DNA from: Mycobacterium sp.
GTDB lineage: Bacteria > Actinomycetota > Actinomycetes > Mycobacteriales > Mycobacteriaceae
Assembly (NCBI GenBank): GCA_035651275.1
Contig: DASRFZ010000189.1
Span: forward strand, 749 to 64,748
Reading direction: 5' to 3'
DNA: 64,000 nt
In this document: piece after piece, positions 55,097 to 62,931 of the stretch
How positions within the stretch are numbered: the stretch's first letter is position 1
How the letters are laid out: every line of letters begins with the position of its first letter
Program-made: the position numbers and the translations under genes
Notes under the pieces: model-generated
Database searches by the model: none
Told to the model about the DNA's origin: nothing
What the model saw: the letters and a program-made list of their open reading frames with translations, nothing else

Positions 55097-55960
55097 CTAC
55101 GAACCGTCGGTGGACGCCGCAGCCGCACTCTGCCGTTGCGCCATCTCCGATGGCAGGATCTTGTCCTTGAACACCCGCTGGATCAGCGCCTGCACGTCGG
55201 AGCTGAGTGACGCGAGCGCGACCAAATCGTTGGAGCTCTGCCAGTGCACCCGCATGCCCATCAGCTCCCACGCGCGCTTCAGGTTCGCCTTCGTCGCCAA
55301 CAGCGTCGTCAGTGGCGCCTGCGCGATGTGGCGGGCGATCGCCTCGACTCGCGTGTCGAGGTCTTCACGTTTGACCACCTCGTTGACCAGACCGACCTCC
55401 AGAGCCTTCTTCGCGTCGATCACCTCGGCGAGATATAGGTAGTAGGCCGCGCGCCGCCAGTTCATGAAAACCCATGGCTCGATCGAACATTCACCCGACG
55501 GCATCCCGAAGCCCTGCAGCGGCGGGTACTGGAAATACGCGTCCTCCGATGCGATCACGATGTCGGTGGTCAACCCGTAGTGCGTGCCGCCGCCGACGCA
55601 GTAGCCATGCACCTGCGCGATCGTCGGCTTGGAGAACTCCCACAGGTTCAGGATCGGTTTGACGAACAAGTCGGTCTGCGGTTTCCACGGCGTGCCAGTG
55701 TGTTTGAAGCCCTCGACGAACTCCGGATAGTCGACCGCGTTGTTGCCGATCGCGTGTCCGGAGCAGAACCCCTTGCCGTTGGCCTTGATCACCAGCACCT
55801 TGATGTCGTAGTCGCGGTCGGCGTCGATCAATGCGGCATCGATCTCCTCGACCTGCTTTTGGTCCTGAGCGTTCGCCTTCTCCGGCCAGTTCAGCGTGAT
55901 CCGCGCGATCGGCCCTTCTTTTTCGTAGATGATCCGCTCACGCGTCTCGTTGCAGTCCAC
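55097..55960 (-). CDS. Crotonase/enoyl-CoA hydratase superfamily protein, paralog of 49614-50441
   Basis: LNWPEKAN, GKGFCSGH, KPTIAQVHGYCVGGG, IEPW, KRAWELMGMRVH; GAGGAGG RBS. Confidence 0.85.
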   Translation of the reverse strand: MDCNETRERIIYEKEGPIARITLNWPEKANAQDQKQVEEIDAALIDADRDYDIKVLVIKANGKGFCSGHAIGNNAVDYPEFVEGFKHTGTPWKPQTDLFVKPILNLWEFSKPTIAQVHGYCVGGGTHYGLTTDIVIASEDAYFQYPPLQGFGMPSGECSIEPWVFMNWRRAAYYLYLAEVIDAKKALEVGLVNEVVKREDLDTRVEAIARHIAQAPLTTLLATKANLKRAWELMGMRVHWQSSNDLVALASLSSDVQALIQRVFKDKILPSEMAQRQSAAAASTDGS

Positions 55961-55979
55961 AGGTCCTCCTCGTGATGGG

Positions 55980-56216
55980 TTATGACGTGATGACGCCGAT
56001 TTCGGCGCCGATGTCGTAGGTCGTGCCGACTTCGCCGGTCCATTGGACCGTGCCCGATGCACCCGCTTCGATCTCCTGTTCCACCTTCTCTGTTGCGATC
56101 ACGTAGATCGGCGTGCCCTCGTCGACGTGCTGGCCACCGTCGACGAGGATGTCGACGAGCTCGGCTTCGGACACCGCGACCGAGACACGCGGAATGCGAA
56201 TGATGAAGTCAGCCAC
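55980..56216 (-). CDS. Stand-alone lipoyl carrier domain protein (78 aa)
   Basis: IRIPRVSVAVSEAEL...IATEKVEQEIEAGASG; TEK lipoylation motif, not the biotinyl AMK. Confidence 0.85.
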   Translation of the reverse strand: MADFIIRIPRVSVAVSEAELVDILVDGGQHVDEGTPIYVIATEKVEQEIEAGASGTVQWTGEVGTTYDIGAEIGVITS

Positions 56217-57207
56217 GCGATCCCGTTCTGTCAAGGGTACGTTGGACGGCCTCGATGATCCGCGTGGCCGACGGGTAGATCTGCGCCTCAAGCAACGGAG
56301 CAGCCGGCGCGGGAACGAACCGCGCCCCGACGCGTTCGACCGGCGCGGCGAGCTCGCCGAACAACTCGGACTGCAGGATTGCCGCGACCTCTGCGCCCGG
56401 GCCGGCGAATTCCACCGCGTCGTGAACCACTACTGCCCGTCGCGTTCGGCCGACCGACTCCACCAATGTGTCGACGTCGAGCGGCACGAGCGTACGCAGG
56501 TCGACGACTTCGGCGCTCACTCCCTGCTCGGCCAGCGTGGCCGCGGCTGCCAACGCGTCGTGCACGCTGCGCCCGTAGCCGACGAGCGTCACGTCGGTGC
56601 CGGCCCGCTTGACGTCCGCCTGGCCCAGCGGGATCGAGAAGCCGGGATCGGTTGGCACCAAACCTTTTTGACCCTGCAAGCGGATGGTCTCGACGAACAG
56701 GCACGGGTCCTCGTCGAAGATCGCCGACGTCAGCAGGCCCTTACCATCGCGTGGGGTAGACGGGACGACGACCTTCATCCCGGGGATGTGCATGAACCAC
56801 GCTTCGAGTGTCTGCGAGTGGGTTGCCCCGGTGGCGAGGCCGCCGTACACCTGAGTGCGCACCGTGATCGGTGCCGTCGTGCGGCCCGCGGTCATGAACC
56901 GCAACTTGGCCGCGTTATTGATGATCTGGTCGGCGGCGATCCCGATGAAGTCCATGATCATGATCTCGGCCACCGGCAGCAGGCCGTCGATCGCGGCGCC
57001 GATCGCCGCCCCGACGATCGCGGCCTCGGAGATGGGCGTGTCGAGCACCCGGTCGGCGCCGTACTTCGTCGATAGTCCCGCGGTCGGACCCGACGCGCCG
57101 GGATCGGCGATGTCCTCCCCGAGCAGGAACACCCGGTCGTCGGCAGCCAGCGCGGCGTCCAGCGCGAAGTTGAGCGCCTCGCGCATCGTCATTTCCCTCT
57201 CGTCCAC
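56209..57207 (-). CDS. TPP-dependent 2-oxoacid/acetoin dehydrogenase E1 beta subunit
   Basis: LLGEDI, DTPISEAAIVG, EIMIMDF, THSQ, VVDLRTLVPLD. Confidence 0.92.
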   Translation of the reverse strand: MDEREMTMREALNFALDAALAADDRVFLLGEDIADPGASGPTAGLSTKYGADRVLDTPISEAAIVGAAIGAAIDGLLPVAEIMIMDFIGIAADQIINNAAKLRFMTAGRTTAPITVRTQVYGGLATGATHSQTLEAWFMHIPGMKVVVPSTPRDGKGLLTSAIFDEDPCLFVETIRLQGQKGLVPTDPGFSIPLGQADVKRAGTDVTLVGYGRSVHDALAAAATLAEQGVSAEVVDLRTLVPLDVDTLVESVGRTRRAVVVHDAVEFAGPGAEVAAILQSELFGELAAPVERVGARFVPAPAAPLLEAQIYPSATRIIEAVQRTLDRTGSRG

Positions 57208-57216
57208 GTCCGCGCC

Positions 57217-58200
57217 TCAGACCGGGTACCGAATCGCGGTGGCGTACACATCTTTTGACAACTCGTCGACGGACGGCGGGTCGGCAGCCATCACCGTCTT
57301 CAACGCGGCTTCGACGCGGCTCAGCGCGTCGTTCTCGACGCGGGAAAGCTCGCCCTCGTCGGCCAAACCCGCCTCCAACAAATGGCTGCGGAACCGCGGC
57401 ACCGGGTCGGCCGCCACCGCAGCTGCCAGCTGGTCGGCCGGAATGTAGGGCGTGCGGTCGCCGAAGTAGTGGCCGCGGAAGCGGAACGTCACGCACTCGA
57501 TAAGCGTCGGGCCGTCCCCACCGCGCGCGCGGTCCAGAGCCCCGCCGAGCGCCGACATCACGGCCAGCGGGTCGTTGCCGTCGACACGCACCCCCGGCAT
57601 GCCGTATCCGGCAGCGCGCTCGGCGACGTGTTCGAGCTTCATCGTGTGCCGCGTCGGCGTCATCTCCGCGTACTGATTGTTCTGGCATACCAACACGATT
57701 GGCAGGTTCCACAGCGCGCCCATGTTCGCGGCCTCGTGGAACGAGCCGGTGTTGGTGGCGCCGTCGCCGAAGCTGACCACCGTGACGCGGTCGAGCCCCT
57801 TGCGTTGGGCCGCCATCGCCAAACCGACGCCCACCGGCGGGCCCGCGCCGACGATCCCGGTGGACAGCATCACGCCCTTCGCGGGGTTGGCGATGTGCAT
57901 CGTGCCGCCCTTGCCGCGGCCGGCACCGACGGTGCGGCCCATCATTTCGCCGTAGATCTCCTCGAGCGGCACCCCTTTGCCTATGAGGTCGTGCAAACCG
58001 CGGTAGGTCGTCACCAATTGGTCGTCGTCGCGAAGCGACACGCCCATCGCGGCTGCGATGGCTTCCTGGCCGCGCGACGGCCAGTACACGCACATGAACT
58101 CGCCGGTGCCGATGCCCTTGCTCAACCTGTCGTCGGCCGCCTTCATCAACACCATCAGCGCGTAGATGCGCTTCTGGACGTCGGCGGGCACGTCAGTCAT
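57217..58200 (-). CDS. TPP-dependent 2-oxoacid/acetoin dehydrogenase E1 alpha subunit
   Basis: GQEA, TYRG, GKGGTMH, FGDGATNTGSFHE..N...QNNQY TPP motif, RFRGH. Confidence 0.92.
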   Translation of the reverse strand: MTDVPADVQKRIYALMVLMKAADDRLSKGIGTGEFMCVYWPSRGQEAIAAAMGVSLRDDDQLVTTYRGLHDLIGKGVPLEEIYGEMMGRTVGAGRGKGGTMHIANPAKGVMLSTGIVGAGPPVGVGLAMAAQRKGLDRVTVVSFGDGATNTGSFHEAANMGALWNLPIVLVCQNNQYAEMTPTRHTMKLEHVAERAAGYGMPGVRVDGNDPLAVMSALGGALDRARGGDGPTLIECVTFRFRGHYFGDRTPYIPADQLAAAVAADPVPRFRSHLLEAGLADEGELSRVENDALSRVEAALKTVMAADPPSVDELSKDVYATAIRYPV

Positions 58201-58520
58201 GGCTGGTACGAACCGATCTCGCGGTACACCTTCGGGATCGGCGGCGGCGAGTCCATGCTCAAATACTGCAGCGACGACATCTTCCCGCTTCTGCCCAACT
58301 CGCCCATCCGCCCTACCACCGCGTCGAGGTCGTCGCAGTCGAGTTCGTAGATCGCGACAAACGGACCCGTTCCGTCAGTTGGGGCGAAGCGGCGCGCCGA
58401 CACGACACCCTCGACCGAGCAGATCTCGGCGAGATGCGTGTCGTTGTACCACGCGTGGTACTCGGCTTCCTTGTCCGACGACACCGGCATCGTCTCGAGA
58501 TAGATGATCCCTCTGGGCAT
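58197..58520 (-). CDS. EthD/DUF4286-like dimeric alpha-beta barrel protein
   Basis: EAEYHAWYNDTHL, VSARRF, AIYEL. Confidence 0.75.
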   Translation of the reverse strand: MPRGIIYLETMPVSSDKEAEYHAWYNDTHLAEICSVEGVVSARRFAPTDGTGPFVAIYELDCDDLDAVVGRMGELGRSGKMSSLQYLSMDSPPPIPKVYREIGSYQP

Positions 58521-58535
58521 CTCAGCCGACCTCTC

Positions 58536-59402
58536 TCATCCACCCGACCACGGTTTGACTTTGAGAAAGCCACCGCCGTCCACGCGCAGCTGCTGGCCGG
58601 TGATGTAGCGAGCCGCGTCGCTGGCGAGGAACAACACCGCCTCGCTGATGTCCTCGGGTTCGACATACGGGATCGGCATCGCCTGCACCACAGGGAACAC
58701 CGGCTCGGCGTCCTCGCGAGTCGGGTTCTTCAAGTCGGGCCGAAACGCCCTGTACATCGGTGCGCTGTGCAACATGTCGGTGTTGACGTTCGTCGGATGG
58801 ACCGCGTTCATCCGGATGGAGAACGGCGCAAGCGCTAGAGCGAAGTCGTTGACATAGTGCGCCCCAGCCAGTTTCGCGAACGCGTACCCCGCGCCGCCGG
58901 GGCCGCCGTCGATCCCGGTGGTGTTCATCGACGACATGAACGCCGCGTTAGATCCCGTCACGATGATCGACGCGCCGGCGTGTAGGTGCTTGAGACTCGC
59001 GTGCACGAGATTGAGCACGCCGACGAGGTCGACGTCAACGGCGTCGGCGAAGGCCTGGGGCGGCAGACCGGCAGTGAGCGGGCAGATGCCCGCATTGGCG
59101 ACGACGATGTCGAGTTGGCCGAATTCGGCCACCCCCCGGTCGATCGCCTGGGACAGCGCCGCACGATCGCGGACGTCGGCGATCTCGGTGAACGCGCGCT
59201 GGCCCTCTTTCTCGACAAGCCGCGCCGTTTCGTCGAGATCCTCCGGCCGCGCCAGCGGGTACTCGTTGGTTTCGATATCCGCGCACAGGTCCACGGCAAT
59301 GATGTCCGCGCCCTCGGCGGCGAGCAGCCGAGCATGCGAACGGCCTTGGCCGCGCGCGGCGCCGCTGATCAATGCGACCTTGCCTGTCACCCTGCCCATC
59401 AA
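58536..59402 (-). CDS. Mycofactocin-coupled-type SDR oxidoreductase
   Basis: GKVALISGAARGQGRSHA, IAVDLC plus insertion loop YPLARPEDL, NAG, Y.FAK, HPTNVNT. Confidence 0.82.
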   Translation of the reverse strand: MMGRVTGKVALISGAARGQGRSHARLLAAEGADIIAVDLCADIETNEYPLARPEDLDETARLVEKEGQRAFTEIADVRDRAALSQAIDRGVAEFGQLDIVVANAGICPLTAGLPPQAFADAVDVDLVGVLNLVHASLKHLHAGASIIVTGSNAAFMSSMNTTGIDGGPGGAGYAFAKLAGAHYVNDFALALAPFSIRMNAVHPTNVNTDMLHSAPMYRAFRPDLKNPTREDAEPVFPVVQAMPIPYVEPEDISEAVLFLASDAARYITGQQLRVDGGGFLKVKPWSGG

Positions 59403-59423
59403 ATGGCCCTCTCTCCCGCCTTG

Positions 59424-60563
59424 TCAGACTGTCAATACCAGCGAACCACATTGCGGGCCAAAGCCATTCGCGACCACTGCGACCTCGGCATCGGGAACCT
59501 GACGCGGCCCACACTCGCCGCGCAGCTGTGCCACGCCTTCGGCCAGAAAGCCCAGCCCGTGCAGCCGGCCCTCGGCAAGCTGTCCGCCGCTCGTGTTCAG
59601 CGGCAGCACACCACCCGGTCCGATGGTCTTGCCGCCGTCGACCCAGTCGCCGAACTCCCCAATGCCGCACATGCCCATGGCTTCGACCCAGGACATCGCG
59701 ATGTGCGTGAATCCGTCGTAGAGCTCGGCGACGTCGACGTCGGCCGCGGTCACCGAGGACCGCTTCCACATCGTGTCGGCACAGGGCCGCGTGCCGCCGA
59801 ACAAGAAGTCGTCGGCGTAGGTGAAATCCGGTTTCCAGCCGGTGCCCATCGCGATCGCATCGATGAAGACGGGCCGCTTGGGGGTGTCGGCGGCGCGCTC
59901 CGGGCTGGTGATGACGACAGCGCAGGCACCCGTCACCGGGTAGTCGCAGTCGAGCAGCCGAAGAGGCTCGGAGACATAGCGCGAACCCAGATAGTCGTCG
60001 ATCGTCAGCGGTTCCCGCATGACCGCGCGCTCGTTGAGCGACGACCACCGTCGCCCGTTCAGCGAGATCTGCCCGTAGTCTTCCTCTTTCGTGCCCAGCG
60101 TGGCCATGCGGCGCTGCTTTTTCATCCCCATCACCGGGATGATCCCGCCTGCGATGCCGTACGGGAACTCGAATTGCCACGGGCCCGCCGCGCGCGGCAG
60201 CGCCCGCCCGCTCATCTGGCCCCACTCCCGGGTCACCGAACGCACGACAAGCGCGACGTCGCACGTTCCGGACAGCACCGCCATGTGGGCGCCCAGCGCC
60301 GCCGCCAGACCAGACGGCCCACGCGGCGTGTAGTCGCCGTAGACCACCAAGTTCTCGATGCCGACCAGACGTGCGATGTCCATCGCCTGCTCGTCGCCGG
60401 CGTACTCGAACACCGCGTCGATGTCGCTCACGGCTAATCCTGCGTCAGCGATGGCGATGCGAGACGCCTCTACGGCCAGCGGCCGACCGTCTATGCCCTT
60501 ATCGCGGAGAATTTTCGAGTAGCCGACACCCACTACGGCTGACCGCCTGGCTGACCCGTTCAT
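59424..60563 (-). CDS. SCP2/Ltp2-type thiolase-fold protein
   Basis: VVGVG, CDYPVTGA, AELYDGFT, NTSGGQLAEG..HG; no Cys at the usual thiolase nucleophile position. Confidence 0.82.
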   Translation of the reverse strand: MNGSARRSAVVGVGYSKILRDKGIDGRPLAVEASRIAIADAGLAVSDIDAVFEYAGDEQAMDIARLVGIENLVVYGDYTPRGPSGLAAALGAHMAVLSGTCDVALVVRSVTREWGQMSGRALPRAAGPWQFEFPYGIAGGIIPVMGMKKQRRMATLGTKEEDYGQISLNGRRWSSLNERAVMREPLTIDDYLGSRYVSEPLRLLDCDYPVTGACAVVITSPERAADTPKRPVFIDAIAMGTGWKPDFTYADDFLFGGTRPCADTMWKRSSVTAADVDVAELYDGFTHIAMSWVEAMGMCGIGEFGDWVDGGKTIGPGGVLPLNTSGGQLAEGRLHGLGFLAEGVAQLRGECGPRQVPDAEVAVVANGFGPQCGSLVLTV

Positions 60564-60610
60564 CCATCTCTTCCATGAAACTGCGCGGTGGCAGTGGAGG
60601 TCACGGTATG

Positions 60611-60650
60611 CCGCACAGTATCTAAAATACCTAAAATAGAAAAGACTGCG
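60611..60650. promoter_or_regulatory. AT-rich divergent control region with the direct repeat CTAAAATA x2
   Basis: ctaaaata at 60622-60629 and 60631-60638, flanked by imperfect ccgcacagt/actgcgg. Confidence 0.45.
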
Positions 60651-60688
60651 GACCCGGGGCGGCGGTGGGGTTCGAGTATTGTCCGCAT

Positions 60689-61846
60689 GTGGACTTCTCG
60701 TACCCGCCACAGGTAGAAGAGTTCCGCACTGCATTGCGCGCGTGGCTAGCCGCCAACCTCACAGACGACGTGGTCGCCGCGGGCCGGCGGCGCGGCCGCG
60801 ACGATGCGGCGTTCGAAACACTGCGCGCCTGGGATGCGGCGATGGCTGACGCGGGGTGGGCGGCGGTGTCCTGGCCGCGGGAGTACGGTGGCCGCGGCGC
60901 GACCCTGCTCGAACAGGTCGCCTACGCGGAAGAGACCACCCGCGCGCGATCTCCGTTGCCGCTCAACGTGATCGGGATGACCAACATCGCGCCGGCGATC
61001 ATGCATTACGGGACCGACAAACAGAAGAGCGACCTGCTCCCCCGGATGATGCGCGCCGACGACATCTGGTGCCAGGGGATGTCAGAGCCCGAGGCCGGGT
61101 CCGATCTCGCGTCGCTGCGAACCCGTGCGGTGCGCGACGGCACCGACTTCGTCGTCAACGGACAGAAGATCTGGACGTCGCTGGGTCATCGCGCCGACTG
61201 GTGCCAGCTGTATGTGCGGACAGACCCAAATGCCCCTAAGCACAAGGGCATTTCGTGCCTCATCGTCGATATGACGCTGCCCGGTATCGAAGTATGGCCC
61301 ATCCGCACGCTCACTGGCGACGCCGATTTCGCGGAAGTGTTCTTCACCGACGTGCGGGTGCCGGCCGACGCGCTGTTGGGACCGCTCGACGGCGGATGGG
61401 GCGTAGCGACCACCACCCTGAGTCATGAACGTGCCGGGGCAGCAAGGCTTTACGCAGAGATGCAGCTGCGACTGCAGGATCTTGCCGCCGATCTAGCCGA
61501 CACTGAGACCGACGGCCACCCGGCCGTCGAGGACGCCGTGACGTTACGACGGCTGGGCGAACTAGCGGTGCGCATCAAGTATCTCGAAGTGTTGTGCCTG
61601 CGATCGATCTCGCTGGCGCAGAACGGCGGTGATCCGTTCGGCTCGGCCAGCGTTGCGAAGACGGTGTGGGGCGAGGTGGGACAGGGACTGGCCGCGCTTG
61701 CCTTCGACACACTCGGCGACCGGGAAGCCGACGGCCGGTGGACGCGCGACCGATTGTCTACGCGGTCGCTGACGATCGCCGGCGGCACCACTCAGATCAA
61801 CAAGAACATCACCGCTGCGCGTGTCCTCGGGTTGCCCCGCCAATGA
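60689..61846 (+). CDS. Acyl-CoA dehydrogenase, alpha (catalytic) subunit of the heteromeric type
   Basis: WPREYGGRG, WCQGMSEPEAGSDL, NGQKIWTS, TLSHER, TIAGGT; leaderless GTG after TATTGT. Confidence 0.9.
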   Translation: MDFSYPPQVEEFRTALRAWLAANLTDDVVAAGRRRGRDDAAFETLRAWDAAMADAGWAAVSWPREYGGRGATLLEQVAYAEETTRARSPLPLNVIGMTNIAPAIMHYGTDKQKSDLLPRMMRADDIWCQGMSEPEAGSDLASLRTRAVRDGTDFVVNGQKIWTSLGHRADWCQLYVRTDPNAPKHKGISCLIVDMTLPGIEVWPIRTLTGDADFAEVFFTDVRVPADALLGPLDGGWGVATTTLSHERAGAARLYAEMQLRLQDLAADLADTETDGHPAVEDAVTLRRLGELAVRIKYLEVLCLRSISLAQNGGDPFGSASVAKTVWGEVGQGLAALAFDTLGDREADGRWTRDRLSTRSLTIAGGTTQINKNITAARVLGLPRQ

Positions 61847-62931
61847 ATCTCGAGCTGACCGACGAGCAGGTCGCGCTGCGCGACACCGTGAGGCGATTCC
61901 TTGCCGAAAAGGCAAGCGTGACAGCACATGTACGGCCGATGCTCGACGATCCGACCGGCACCACTGCCGACGTCTGGCGCGGTCTTGCCGAACTCGGTGC
62001 GACGGGAGTGCTCGTCCCGCCGGACTACGGCGGTGCCGGCATGACGATGGTCGAGGCCGGGATCGTCGCCGAGGAGCTCGGCGCGGCCCTGCACCCGGGA
62101 CCGTGGTTGTCCTGCGCGGTCGCAGCAGTACGCGCGGTGACGCGGACCGGCGCGGCGGAAAAGGCCGGCGCTCTGCTGAGCGGCATTGCCGACGGGTCGA
62201 CGATCGCGACGGTCGGCCCGTTGCGCGGCCCCCGGCCGGGCGCAGTCGAACGCAGTGACGGAGTCGTGCTGCGCGGAACGCTCTCGGCGATGCCCGACGC
62301 CGCAGCGGCGAACGTGATGATGGTCCTCGCCGAAGACGGGGACGGGGCCGCGCTCTCCACCGTCGAGACGGCAGTCTGCCATCTGGGCGACCAGTCGGGC
62401 GGTGTCGACCCCACCCGCAAGCGGTTCGCGGTCACGCTCGACGACTCACCGGCGCAGCGCCTCGCATCGGTGTCAGCCGAGCAATGCCAAGCGCTGGTCG
62501 ACGACGTGCTGGTCGCCCATGCGGCCGACGCTCTCGGGGCCGCAGAGGCAGTGCTGACGCTGGCCGTGGAGTACGCCAAGACGCGGAGACAATTCGGTCA
62601 CCCGATCGGCAGTTTTCAAGCCGTGCAACACCTTTGCGTGGACATGTACGAAGCGATCGAGCTCGCCCGCAGCGGCGTCGTCCATGCCCTGTGGGCCGCA
62701 GATGCCGCGGATCCAGCCGAGCGACACCTCGCTGCAATTCGGGCGAAAGCGTTCGCGGGGCAACTGACTGCCGTCGGCGACACCGCGATCCAAGTGTTCG
62801 GCGGCGTCGGGTACACCTGGGAGCACGACGCTCATCTGTACCTCAAGCGGTTGCTGGGCTGGAGCGCCTATCTCGGCGGGCCCGACCGATACCTCCAGGA
62901 AGTCGGTCGCGAACTCGTGTCCGGGCTCTAA
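61843..62931 (+). CDS. Acyl-CoA dehydrogenase, beta subunit of the heteromeric type
   Basis: LTDEQ, RRQFGHPIGSFQAVQH, FGGVGYTWEH; lacks the SEP/GSD FAD loop; ATGA overlap with the alpha subunit. Confidence 0.88.
   Translation: MNLELTDEQVALRDTVRRFLAEKASVTAHVRPMLDDPTGTTADVWRGLAELGATGVLVPPDYGGAGMTMVEAGIVAEELGAALHPGPWLSCAVAAVRAVTRTGAAEKAGALLSGIADGSTIATVGPLRGPRPGAVERSDGVVLRGTLSAMPDAAAANVMMVLAEDGDGAALSTVETAVCHLGDQSGGVDPTRKRFAVTLDDSPAQRLASVSAEQCQALVDDVLVAHAADALGAAEAVLTLAVEYAKTRRQFGHPIGSFQAVQHLCVDMYEAIELARSGVVHALWAADAADPAERHLAAIRAKAFAGQLTAVGDTAIQVFGGVGYTWEHDAHLYLKRLLGWSAYLGGPDRYLQEVGRELVSGL

Noticed and set aside
49614-62931. Catabolic cluster as a mobile element or integrative island
   Set aside because: No integrase, transposase, tRNA or flanking direct repeats seen, and no obvious GC shift; reported as an accessory cluster only.
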